From a virus: a stretch of 64,000 bases of DNA. The stretch lies in the IMG/VR virus record IMGVR_UViG_3300003323_000851, positions 1 to 64,000 of that record; one strand, written 5' to 3'. Positions 34,027 to 43,277 of the stretch are shown one piece after another; positions within the stretch are counted from its first letter, which is position 1; each line of letters opens with the position of its first letter. The notes under the pieces are model-generated. The model was not told where the DNA came from. It was given only the letters and a program-made list of their open reading frames with translations, and searched no databases. A program made the translations under genes and the position numbers.

Positions 34027-35462
34027 ACCACCGGATTTTTAGTTCCATTTTTGCTCGGCTGCGGCGTCTTCGCCGGTACCGCATAATCACTCAGCCCAAT
34101 GTCGGTCATATCGAGGCCTGGGTCATCGAGCATACTAAGCGGCTGGCGACCGGATGGCGGCCACGGTTCATCCATGGTCGGGTCGCTGGACTTATCGTAA
34201 CCCATCATCTCCAGCGCCTGGTTAGGTGATATCCACCATGCCGTATCCAGCCACTCGGCGAGTTCCTTCATGTTATCCTGCATCTCAGGCAGTTCGCTAA
34301 AGTCGGAACAGATCACCGCTATACCCACCAGCTTGAACGCCTTCAGCAATTGCCGGTTCAGTTCGTCGTCCAGTTCTTTACAGGCCGGGATAATCTTGTT
34401 CGATACCCAACCTTTTTGGGCCTGCTCTTTATTGGCAAATGTAGTCTCGGTGTTATATAGTTCATACGGAACGCCCAGTAGTGCACACAGTTCCTGCCAG
34501 GACATTTTCTTGCCCTCCAACAGTTGCAGATCAACCGATGTACCGCCCAGATCAAGGTAGCCCAGTTTACCGGCACCGAAGATGGACGCCACGGCGCCCT
34601 TGATATCGTTGTTGTTGATCTTTCGGTCTACCACACTGCGTATCTGGCTTTCCTGCGTAGCCGTCACGCCCTTGGTTTCTTCCCCATACAACACGCCTTT
34701 GGCGCCATCGTTCTGGTACATCCGGGTAGCGCCCAGTGTCGCATCGTTGTTCTGTTGCAGGGTAGCCGTACCCGGTTTCAGCGGTGACATGCCGCGAAGG
34801 TGTTCTTTGGTCGAAGCGTCGAATTTCAGGTTGATCGACTTCCAGTGGATGATATCGTTCTTGCGGATTGGGATTTTCTGGCCGCCGGCATTCAGGATAT
34901 AACCAGCCACGCCGAACAGGTTTGCCGGGTCGGGCACTACATTCATCTGGTCAGATGGCAGCGGGTACATTTCCAGTACTGGCATCATATCCTGCTGCAG
35001 GTCGGTCTTACCCTCTACATCACCCCTGTTTAGCCAGATAAACGCCTCGCCCGTTACTTTGAAATATGCCCGCACCTGTTTGAAGAAAGCCGCCTGGCCC
35101 TGGTAGGGATTGGGGCGTTCGAGTAGTTTGGACAGGTCATTGGTCAGCCGCTCAGCGCCCGCCACGTCCTTCAACCGCATCGGGATACGCTTCTTGTTCT
35201 TGGCTGCAATGCTTTTCGCATCGTACACATACCGGGGGATAGACGCGAACTTATCCGCGTCGTCATTCACGATCGCATATACCGCCGCATTGGCATTGAA
35301 CCCGTCGTCGATCGCCCTGGTCTGCGTCATGTCCGGCAGCACCTCACGGGTGCCGATGTTGAGCAGGAAATTACGGCTGCGGGAAAACAGGCTGGTAAAC
35401 CAGTTCAGCGCCGCGCTCAGCGGGCCGGTTATCGGGCGTAGTATGCGTTCGGTTTGCGGCAT
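34023..35462 (-). CDS. portal protein
   Basis: 479 aa, directly downstream of TerL, with an acidic C-terminus. Size and position are typical of HK97-type portals. Confidence 0.8.
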   Translation of the reverse strand: MPQTERILRPITGPLSAALNWFTSLFSRSRNFLLNIGTREVLPDMTQTRAIDDGFNANAAVYAIVNDDADKFASIPRYVYDAKSIAAKNKKRIPMRLKDVAGAERLTNDLSKLLERPNPYQGQAAFFKQVRAYFKVTGEAFIWLNRGDVEGKTDLQQDMMPVLEMYPLPSDQMNVVPDPANLFGVAGYILNAGGQKIPIRKNDIIHWKSINLKFDASTKEHLRGMSPLKPGTATLQQNNDATLGATRMYQNDGAKGVLYGEETKGVTATQESQIRSVVDRKINNNDIKGAVASIFGAGKLGYLDLGGTSVDLQLLEGKKMSWQELCALLGVPYELYNTETTFANKEQAQKGWVSNKIIPACKELDDELNRQLLKAFKLVGIAVICSDFSELPEMQDNMKELAEWLDTAWWISPNQALEMMGYDKSSDPTMDEPWPPSGRQPLSMLDDPGLDMTDIGLSDYAVPAKTPQPSKNGTKNPVV

Positions 35463-35477
35463 AGTAGCCTAAAGGTA

Positions 35478-36653
35478 TTAAAAAGTAATTATTCTGCGCG
35501 CTTCGAGGTGTTTGGTGAATACGCCATACCTGATTGCGTCCATGCTATGGTCCATAAACTTCACCGGCTCGTCTGATGGTTTGACCTTGCCGTCGGTAAT
35601 GTCGGTTTTCGTTTTCCACTTGTAAGATCTGATCTCTTTCTGCACGTTGACCGACCGCCTAGTGATATACAACGGCATAGACTTCACCTTGCGGATGCCC
35701 TCGGTAACGTCCTTGTCCGCCGCCATCGCATTGTATCCGGCGCGGTTCAGTTCTTCAATGGTTTTAGGTTCTGCTGCATCACAGTATATCTCACCGGTTT
35801 TGGTCATACCCATTGCCTTGTACTGCTCAATCAAGTCGCTGGTGGTGAGCTTGGTTTCGTAGATCAGTTCGTCTACATAAATAGCGCCCTCGTAGAATTC
35901 TATCCGGACCAGGGCAGACGGAACGTTGTAACCAAAATCCTGCCCGTAAAACACTTCCCCTTTCATAGGTAGGTCATCGCACAACTTCCAGTGGGTATAT
36001 ACCGTTTCGGTAGACTTACCACGCAGGCCCAGGCCGTAGATATTCCAAAGATTCTCATCTGCATCCCGCAGGCTTTCTATTTCAGCAATGATCTCCGGCG
36101 TCAGATTGCCCCGATTGTTCTTGTAGGTAGAATGGATGATGCGGTTGCCCAGCTTATCTGCTTCCTCATATACCCAACTATACTCATCAGCAGGGTTGTA
36201 ATCAATGAAGATGGTTTCGTTGGTCCGGATAGCCAGTTGCTTATAGGTCTCATAGGGAATCAGGTTGGCTTCGTTGATGTACAAGATATCCCGACCGGGC
36301 CCGTGCACTTTACCAATGTCTTCAACCCCAAAAAACTCGACATAGCTGCCGGTCTTTGGGAAGTTATAAATGTTATCGGTCTTGTTGAAATGCTTGTCGT
36401 TATAAACACCCGTTTTTTGCAGGGCATTCAGAAAGTCGCGTCGGGCGCCACGCTTCAGGTGCGGTAGTGACGGACTGCAAACGGTGATGGTCTTGGTCGC
36501 AATGTTGGGGATATAAAGCGATAGGAGCTGCGTAAGACTTACTGTTTTGCTGGACCGGCTGCTGCCTTCGTTGGCGATCAGGCGGTGTTTACGGCCCTCC
36601 CAGGCGGCTTTATTCGCCTCGAATACTGGGGTGTATCTAACCCTCGCCTCCAT
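35478..36653 (-). CDS. terL: terminase large subunit
   Basis: ATPase motifs ANEGSSRSSKT (Walker A-like) and DILYINEAN (Walker B). Nuclease-half acidic motifs CDAAEP and DHSMDAIRY. Confidence 0.85.
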   Translation of the reverse strand: MEARVRYTPVFEANKAAWEGRKHRLIANEGSSRSSKTVSLTQLLSLYIPNIATKTITVCSPSLPHLKRGARRDFLNALQKTGVYNDKHFNKTDNIYNFPKTGSYVEFFGVEDIGKVHGPGRDILYINEANLIPYETYKQLAIRTNETIFIDYNPADEYSWVYEEADKLGNRIIHSTYKNNRGNLTPEIIAEIESLRDADENLWNIYGLGLRGKSTETVYTHWKLCDDLPMKGEVFYGQDFGYNVPSALVRIEFYEGAIYVDELIYETKLTTSDLIEQYKAMGMTKTGEIYCDAAEPKTIEELNRAGYNAMAADKDVTEGIRKVKSMPLYITRRSVNVQKEIRSYKWKTKTDITDGKVKPSDEPVKFMDHSMDAIRYGVFTKHLEARRIITF

Positions 36654-37206
36654 TCGGATCGTCTATTGGGTCACAGTTGGGGGCTTTCTCGAAAACAACC
36701 TGGATAGGACCACCACCATCGCCGACATGTTCGTGCTTGTCTGCCCACCGCTGAGCCCCGTCTTTGACCTTACCACGACGGTTTTTCAGCCAGATATTCT
36801 GGGCGGCTACGTCGGGGGAAACCTCCTTGGTAACAACCTTCTTTTTGTAGATATCTTGCTTAACTGACTCAATACCAGCCTCCCCGACTTCAACCTTGTC
36901 TTCACCAGGGCCGATTTTCTCGTAAGTGACTTCATCGTATTGGTATCCGTTCGCCCTCTTAAACAATGAGTTAGCCACTTCGGCATCAGCAGTTAGCTTG
37001 CCTCGTTTTATGGACTCAAAAAACTTTGGGTGGGCTATCTTCCAGTTGTTAATCGTTTGCTCCTCAACATCAAAGAAGTCGGCAATCTCCGCATCGGTTG
37101 CACCCAGCAGGCACAGCTTGTACACCTGCTCATTAAACTCCTCCCTGTAATCCGTTGGTCTTCCGCCTGCCATAGTCAACAACAAAAGGCCCCGTTTGAG
37201 AGCCAT
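36637..37206 (-). CDS. terS: terminase small subunit
   Basis: GGRPTDYREEFNEQVYKLCLLGATDAEIADFFDVEEQTINNWKIAHPKFFESIKRGK is the typical TerS HTH. The start may instead be M12 at 37173. Confidence 0.8.
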   Translation of the reverse strand: MALKRGLLLLTMAGGRPTDYREEFNEQVYKLCLLGATDAEIADFFDVEEQTINNWKIAHPKFFESIKRGKLTADAEVANSLFKRANGYQYDEVTYEKIGPGEDKVEVGEAGIESVKQDIYKKKVVTKEVSPDVAAQNIWLKNRRGKVKDGAQRWADKHEHVGDGGGPIQVVFEKAPNCDPIDDPNGGEG

Positions 37207-37243
37207 GGTGTGAAGGTAGGGAAAAAACCCACACCACCCCGAA

Positions 37244-37511
37244 CAAATCAGTTACAAACCAATAAATCAGGCTGATTTGAATCAAAAACACCATAACTTT
37301 ATGGATATCAATTATTTGAGTTGTTTCAAATCACCAAATCAAGTTTTTCAATTTTTTAGTGTTGTGTGTGTATGTGGTAGTTCTATACACGTATAAAAAA
37401 AATATACTTCTTCTTATTTATAGTGTTTGTGATTTGGATGATTTGAAGACCATTAACATATTGAATATCAACAATAATTAAAAATCAGGTCGTTATTTGG
37501 ATTCTGATTTG
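37244..37511. repeat. iteron field: at least 9 copies of TGATTTG/CAAATCA in both orientations
   Basis: CAAATCA at 37244, 37327 and 37335. TGATTTG at 37273, 37430, 37439 and 37505. Palindrome AAATCAGGCTGATTT at 37264-37278. AAATCAG at 37492. Confidence 0.7.
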
Positions 37512-37595
37512 TAAGTGCTAACAGTAATTGATTATCAATGTGTTATAATCATATAAAACAAACAACCATATATTCAGAAATCACCGAAAACAGAC

Positions 37596-37618
37596 AAAAA
37601 AGCCCCGAATATCGGGGC
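37596..37618 (-). terminator. intrinsic terminator ending the early-left operon
   Basis: The minus strand reads GCCCCGATATTCGGGGC followed by a T6 run. Confidence 0.75.
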
Positions 37619-37643
37619 CTATTATATTGATATATGTCAAATG

Positions 37644-38963
37644 TCAGGATTCCTTTTGGTAGACACCCCGTCCAACGCGCTTGATGAAGCCATGCCGGAA
37701 CTTGCGACGGAATACCACGTCGAAGTATTGATCCGTGGCTTTAAGGGCGGTACAAGCCCGTACAATATCTTCCCGGGTAAACTCGCCATCCGGCAATGCG
37801 TCGAGCAATGTGCGTTCGTTGGCGGTAAGGTCGTCGTCCTGCAGACTACTGAACACCATCTTGGCCTGCTGCCGGTAGTATTGATAGAGAAAATAGGCTT
37901 TATCTACATGCTGGTGATCAATGATCGGAGTGTCCAGGCTATCCAATAGGGCCAGAATAATCAGAAACCGGCCAAAATACTGGAATAGCTTACTGTCGTA
38001 CTGAATCATCAAAGCGGTAGTATCTCCGCGTTTCTTGGCATCCCTGAGCGCGTTAGAGCTGGTCAGGAAGCCACGGGTATACTCGTTGACCTTTTCACGG
38101 GCGGTTTGGGTGAAGGGAATGGTGTAGGGGTTATCATCCTTGAAGTAGTTGTAGGCACCCTTGCGGAACAGGGCAGTCACGATATTTCGCCATTGGCTGG
38201 CTGCCCCCCGACGGTCTTTGTTGAAGAAATCGATGTTGGTGTTGAGCTCCTTCTCATCGGCCAGGGTAAACAGGAAGCGAAAGGGCAAGCCGCTTTCAAC
38301 AGTATCTTGCGAGAAATAACGGCTTATGCGTTCGTCTTGCATACCCACCAGGACGGATATGGAAGTTTTGTCAATATACCGCTCCCGGCTGTTGTCTGCC
38401 CGCATCTCATCAAACGGTTGGCCGTTCCACATCTTGTTCCAGAAGTCTACCGATGAGGTGTCTTTCTTGTACTGGTTAGGGCTGCCAAGCATAACGCCAC
38501 CCTCGTCATAGAATAGGCCGAAACCTGCCGGCGAGGTCATAGAGTGCTTCATAATACCCTCCATAGTACCGCCTGTAGCGATCCGGACGCGGCGAATGGG
38601 CTCTTGCTCGGTGAATAACGCTTTAGCCAATCGGGCGGCTTCTTTCTTCTCCCGCCATTCCCGGTGTGCATTGTCGTAGTCCCGCCAAAGATCAGCATTC
38701 AGCGGCTCAATGATGTTACCGCAAAGCAGGTCGAAAGCAGGCGTCTTACCAGTGCCAGACGGGCCGACCAACATACCGAACAGGATGTTTTTGATAGATC
38801 CGTTCAGTTCCGTGCGGAACATATTGCCGGACAGGGCGGCAATCGTGAACAGCGCTGTTGTACCAAAGTAATCGACTGGGATCGAATACTCATCGGACAT
38901 TTCATGGAATGATCGGGCAATATCCGGGTGGAATATTTCAAAGGGGAATCCTTTTACAGCCAT
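37644..38963 (-). CDS. DUF3987-type P-loop ATPase (primase/helicase-associated replication protein)
   Basis: Walker A GPSGTGKT and Walker B GLFYDEGG. N-terminus FPFEIFHPDIARSFHEMS is typical of DUF3987. Confidence 0.7.
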   Translation of the reverse strand: MAVKGFPFEIFHPDIARSFHEMSDEYSIPVDYFGTTALFTIAALSGNMFRTELNGSIKNILFGMLVGPSGTGKTPAFDLLCGNIIEPLNADLWRDYDNAHREWREKKEAARLAKALFTEQEPIRRVRIATGGTMEGIMKHSMTSPAGFGLFYDEGGVMLGSPNQYKKDTSSVDFWNKMWNGQPFDEMRADNSRERYIDKTSISVLVGMQDERISRYFSQDTVESGLPFRFLFTLADEKELNTNIDFFNKDRRGAASQWRNIVTALFRKGAYNYFKDDNPYTIPFTQTAREKVNEYTRGFLTSSNALRDAKKRGDTTALMIQYDSKLFQYFGRFLIILALLDSLDTPIIDHQHVDKAYFLYQYYRQQAKMVFSSLQDDDLTANERTLLDALPDGEFTREDIVRACTALKATDQYFDVVFRRKFRHGFIKRVGRGVYQKES

Positions 38964-39679
38964 GCAACAGGTAGTTTTGTAGTCTTGTCGATCCAGTTTA
39001 TACCATTGAACAGGGCGTTTTCATTCAGCCGGGTCTTGCAGTTTTCATTGGTCATCAGCTCATCATGTTTACCTGCGCAGGTCCAGGTATATTTTGGCTC
39101 GATAGCCGACATCAGGAAAACCAGCAATGATGTCGATACGCCGAACTTGTAGGAGCACTTGCCAGTGATAGTCTTGGCGCCGTACAGGTTGATTCGGGTT
39201 TTTATATACCCCTTGTCGAGATAGGTAAGCAGGAACCGGTAGTGTTTGATCTTTGAAGTGTTTCGCGTAATGACAACCTGTGCTTTTTTAAGGTCATCCA
39301 CTGACTTTATATCGAGCCGGGCAATCTGCCGCTTCTGCCACATTTCCTTTAAGCACATACACCAGTGATGCAGGTGGGCGGAATGGATCACATCGTTAGT
39401 TAGCTTTGAAAGATACCAGGCAGTCAGATGCCGCTCGTAGCCGGGCAGCACAAGACCACATTGATCAATGTAGTAGGTAACTGTGATCAGATCTATGGGT
39501 ATTTTCTTGCGCTGCATTTCGGTGAGCACACCATACACAATAGCGTGCGCCTCGAAATAGAACATATCCCGATTGAGCATCGAGGTCTTCAGAATAGCAT
39601 CCGGTTCGAGCAGGCAGACGCCCAAAACATAGGTTTCAAGCGTATCGCTGTAGTCGATGTTGGGGATGAAAGGGGTCAT
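38954..39679 (-). CDS. DnaB N-terminal-domain protein (no RecA-like helicase domain)
   Basis: SDTLETYVLGVCLLEPDAILKTSMLNRDMFYFEAHAIVYGVLTEMQRKKIPIDLITV matches the DnaB_N pattern. Confidence 0.65.
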   Translation of the reverse strand: MTPFIPNIDYSDTLETYVLGVCLLEPDAILKTSMLNRDMFYFEAHAIVYGVLTEMQRKKIPIDLITVTYYIDQCGLVLPGYERHLTAWYLSKLTNDVIHSAHLHHWCMCLKEMWQKRQIARLDIKSVDDLKKAQVVITRNTSKIKHYRFLLTYLDKGYIKTRINLYGAKTITGKCSYKFGVSTSLLVFLMSAIEPKYTWTCAGKHDELMTNENCKTRLNENALFNGINWIDKTTKLPVAWL

Positions 39680-40491
39680 GATCCAATTCTAAATTGAGGT
39701 TCACTCCATGGTTGCTCCCAGTTTAGCTTTTCGCTCAACCCGAATATTTGATGATGTTCTTCCAGGTAAGAGTTAATAAAGGGATTTAAGCCGGATTTAT
39801 CCCTGAAAACGACGGCATTTTCAAGAGAATTTCCACCATTTAAAGTAAAGTTGAAGGAACCCGTCCATACAGCTTCCGGATAATACATTTCAACTCCGGG
39901 AATTTCTTTCTCGCCGCGAAAATAAGAGCCCTCAGCGCGGCAGAAAACCAAAAACTTATGATGTGATCGAGGATGGGCAGGCGATTTGTCAGTATTGTGA
40001 TTTCCTACACATCGCACAGCCTCTATACCCGGTTCCCATGCGTAAGACAATCTGCTGACTGATTCTCGCATGGTCATCTTATCCAAACCGCACTTCAGGT
40101 TATTATAACGTTGATGTAACCTCTTTTTCCAATGATTTTTAGAATTGAAATCGGGCCGTAGAAAATCCTCTTTTTGCACTATAATTTGCACGTGATTGCA
40201 CAAAGCTAAAGCATCAAGAATTTGAGGTGATGTTAGCCAAGCGACACATCCGAAAATGACCCCATCTTTGTACTCAGTAATCCACCTAATCAAGTGCTCT
40301 TCAAGGCTTTTAAATATCACCTCAAATTCTTCAAACTGAATATTTGTACCTCGAAAAGAATTATCCTTTAATGAGGTGTCTGGCTCAAATCCATCAGTTG
40401 GGATTCTCGATAAATTCAGGTTTTTATGCATGTTAAAACAAAAAAAATCCCGGAGAAAGCGGCTTAGGTAGAAACGGGCATCTTGCGACAC
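39676..40491 (-). CDS. phospholipase-D-family (HKD) nuclease
   Basis: HHKFLVF...WTGSFNFTLNGGNSLENAVVF is a single HKD motif, as in Nuc and BfiI. Alternative start at ATG 40431. Visibly A+T-rich. Confidence 0.75.
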   Translation of the reverse strand: MSQDARFYLSRFLRDFFCFNMHKNLNLSRIPTDGFEPDTSLKDNSFRGTNIQFEEFEVIFKSLEEHLIRWITEYKDGVIFGCVAWLTSPQILDALALCNHVQIIVQKEDFLRPDFNSKNHWKKRLHQRYNNLKCGLDKMTMRESVSRLSYAWEPGIEAVRCVGNHNTDKSPAHPRSHHKFLVFCRAEGSYFRGEKEIPGVEMYYPEAVWTGSFNFTLNGGNSLENAVVFRDKSGLNPFINSYLEEHHQIFGLSEKLNWEQPWSEPQFRIGS

Positions 40492-40662
40492 CCTCTAAGC
40501 CACCCCCACCGGGATGTTAAATAAGTTTATTTACACCGGGTTTCTACGTCCGGGTATCGGTACTGCTAAAATAGCAACTTGTGTGAAAAAGTGGCGATAT
40601 GTGGATAAAGAAAGAGTGTCGCGGTTCACGACCCCATAAGAGCAGCCCGCAATTTTACGCCG

Positions 40663-41385
40663 TCAAAACAACCGCTCCTGCACTCCGACTACCTGCCCCT
40701 TGCTGTCGAATACGACGCCCTGCATTTCTTTGAACCGCTTCTCCTGCGCCTCGAAGTAATCTGGATCAAGCTCATAGCCGGTAAAATCAAAACCCATTTT
40801 CCACGCTGCGATGCGGCTGGATCCGGAACCAAGGTGCGTGTCCAATATCTTGTCGCCGGGCTTGGCGTAGTTTTTCAGGAGCCAGGAGTATAAGGCGACG
40901 GGTTTTTGGGTCGGGTGGATGCGGGTTTCGTTGAGCGACTTGTTACCCTGCATTTTGGTCGGATTGTTTAGGCCTTCGCCTTGGTTCATACCGTTCCACA
41001 GGAACCGGAATATCCGCACGCTGTCATGCATACTGCAGGAGGCGATTTCGCACTGCGAGAACGGGGCGCCATCGTTGCACTTATCCCATACAATACGGCC
41101 CACACAATGGTGAAAGGTGAAATAGTTGATGCCCCAGATAATTTGGTTCTTTGATACGCGCACAACTTCGTCCAACCATTTTTGATCCGGTATTTGTTTG
41201 TCCCACTGGGGGATATTGTAATTGCCGCGTTTGACGCCTATTGACGACTGCTTATCACCAAAATAACCAAGTTTATCTACGCCCGGGAAATACGGCGGGT
41301 CACAAATAGCGAGATCAAAATAATGATCAGGGTACTCCCGCATCGCTTGAAGGCAGTCGCGGTTGTATGCGTTGCTTGTGCTCAT
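40663..41385 (-). CDS. DNA methyltransferase (N6-adenine/N4-cytosine, DPPY type)
   Basis: Motif IV ICDPPYF, then IHPTQKP and motif I ILDTHLGSGSS. Confidence 0.85.
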   Translation of the reverse strand: MSTSNAYNRDCLQAMREYPDHYFDLAICDPPYFPGVDKLGYFGDKQSSIGVKRGNYNIPQWDKQIPDQKWLDEVVRVSKNQIIWGINYFTFHHCVGRIVWDKCNDGAPFSQCEIASCSMHDSVRIFRFLWNGMNQGEGLNNPTKMQGNKSLNETRIHPTQKPVALYSWLLKNYAKPGDKILDTHLGSGSSRIAAWKMGFDFTGYELDPDYFEAQEKRFKEMQGVVFDSKGQVVGVQERLF

Positions 41386-42323
41386 GTAAAAAGGTTTTGT
41401 TGTTGTAGATTACTCCTCATATACCCCTCATACCACTGATAGAACTGATGCACACCGGTGATCACCATGTAAACACCGCCAGCCCGTTCTATTCGCTTGC
41501 GTTCCTTTTCTTGCTCCGGCCTTATCTTATCGTTGGTGTGGGCGTTCTTAACCTCCAGGGAGATCATCTTGCCGTTTATCAGCGCCGAAATATCAGAGCT
41601 ACCCCGCTTGGTACTCGACTTGATCCACTTACGATCATCGAACTTAGCGCCCGATTGCGTAGTCGTAATGCCACCGATCTGCCGGCCCATCACATTCTGC
41701 CGGTTACCGTAATGGCCGCGCCAGGTTAGAAAATTGATGATGATCGAGGTAATGCCGTTGGTTGTTCGGGGGTCAGGGTACTTGCATTCTACGTAAAATC
41801 CATCGCGAAAGCTTGCTGGGTATTCCCGCTGAAAATTCTCTTCGTGCGCAGCCCGGTACCATTTCTTCCAGGCGGGGTCTACTGGCGGGCCTTTGACTTT
41901 CTTAGGCTTTGTCTTCACGTCGGGGATAAGTTCTTCGCCTGCAACCACGATTGCCTTCCCCCGCTTCACCTTCGGCTGGTCCGGCAACGGCACATACGTC
42001 ACCACCTTGACCCGCTTTCCCCGCTCCCGACCCTCTGTGATCACCTTGGCAATACCAGCCCCGCCGTCACTGAACGCTACGATCGCGTCGCAGTCGCGTA
42101 GTTGGTTGTAGAGCCCCTTGAAGCCGCCGGGGTATTCAATGCACTGATACCCGTACCGCTCCGCGAACTTGCGGCCATAGGTCAGAGAGGCGTCGCTGAA
42201 GCCGATCAGCAGTTCCACATGCGGGTGTTTCTCGCTCAGCAAGGTATCCAGCTTCGATTCCATCAACTCGTAGTCGTTGAAGGAGGATGAGGTGGCGAGG
42301 AGTAACTTGAAGTTTACCGGCAT
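41382..42323 (-). CDS. fusion protein: SLOG/DUF2493-like N-domain plus VRR-NUC nuclease C-domain
   Basis: N-terminus LLLATSSSFNDYELM...IVAFSDGGAGIAKV. C-terminus SDISALINGKMISLEVKNAHTNDKIRPEQEKERKRIERAGGVYMVI (D...E.K...Q pattern). Confidence 0.6.
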   Translation of the reverse strand: MPVNFKLLLATSSSFNDYELMESKLDTLLSEKHPHVELLIGFSDASLTYGRKFAERYGYQCIEYPGGFKGLYNQLRDCDAIVAFSDGGAGIAKVITEGRERGKRVKVVTYVPLPDQPKVKRGKAIVVAGEELIPDVKTKPKKVKGPPVDPAWKKWYRAAHEENFQREYPASFRDGFYVECKYPDPRTTNGITSIIINFLTWRGHYGNRQNVMGRQIGGITTTQSGAKFDDRKWIKSSTKRGSSDISALINGKMISLEVKNAHTNDKIRPEQEKERKRIERAGGVYMVITGVHQFYQWYEGYMRSNLQQQNLFT

Positions 42324-42502
42324 CCCCTGAACGCCTCCCGCGTATTGGCAATGATTTCTTCAGCCGACATCGCACGTTCGTAGGCGAGAAGGCGTGCTTT
42401 GATCTCGGCCTTCATGATGAGCGTGAGGTCTTTGTCCTGGTACTTGCGCAGGAGTGTTTGGTAGTCTGTGTTCATATCGATAGTTGTTGGTTTCACATCC
42501 AT
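42314..42502 (-). CDS. hypothetical protein
   Basis: 62-aa ORF overlapping the downstream gene by 10 nt. Confidence 0.45.
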   Translation of the reverse strand: MDVKPTTIDMNTDYQTLLRKYQDKDLTLIMKAEIKARLLAYERAMSAEEIIANTREAFRGCR

Positions 42503-42548
42503 GGCCCGAACTGATTAGGGTGAGTGCTGCCGCCAGAAGGTGTTTTCA

Positions 42549-43097
42549 TTATTGAAAATATTTAGATTTGTATTGTCGTTTACCATTAATCAGCCTGCTG
42601 ATTGTAGGCTGACATACAGAAAAGTAGCTCGCTATTTGATTTTGTGTACATCCCTCTCTGATCATTTTATGAACCATAAATAAGTCGGCTTGTGTAAAAA
42701 TTTTTGGGTGCTTTATGGCGGAGGGGTTTGAAAATCCATATTCAATGGCGTGTAGGACGTTCTCTTGAGCAGTACTCCATTCTAAATTATCTTTAGCATT
42801 ATTGGTTTTATCACCGTCTTTATGATTAACGTATGGTTTGTTGTCTGGATTGAGATGAAAGGCAAGACAAATAAGCCTATTTACACGTCGCGTTTTAGTA
42901 ACCCCTTTTAAACAAAGATTTACACATAGGTAGCCATTCCTTTTATTGAGCGTAGGGGATAGTATACGCCCCTTCCTGAAGCACTTTAAATCGCCGCCTC
43001 GCGAATGGTTGATTGTTCTATCCACACTCCGGATTGCTCCTAATTCACTGGCCTCGTAAAAACCCTCGTAGCCGGGAATTGCCCTCCATTCTTCCAT
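42549..43097 (-). CDS. HNH homing endonuclease (NUMOD4 plus HNH_3 plus C-terminal HTH)
   Basis: Start moved to ATG 43095-43097. MEEWRAIPGYEGFYEASELGAIRS (NUMOD4) and VNHKDGDKTNNAKDNLEWSTAQEN (HNH). Visibly A+T-rich. Confidence 0.8.
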   Translation of the reverse strand: MEEWRAIPGYEGFYEASELGAIRSVDRTINHSRGGDLKCFRKGRILSPTLNKRNGYLCVNLCLKGVTKTRRVNRLICLAFHLNPDNKPYVNHKDGDKTNNAKDNLEWSTAQENVLHAIEYGFSNPSAIKHPKIFTQADLFMVHKMIREGCTQNQIASYFSVCQPTISRLINGKRQYKSKYFQ

Positions 43098-43277
43098 AAA
43101 TAAAAAATCCTGAAGCAGATGGCCAGGTAGATCGGCATGGCTTTCGCCATACTGCTGACCGCCCGCTTCAGGGCTTGAATGTGTTTGATCATAGGGATCT
43201 ACTCCTATGCTTATGTAGACTACAAGATACAATTTTTTAATCATGCTAAGGCACAATCTTTGCTATCTTTATTGGTC

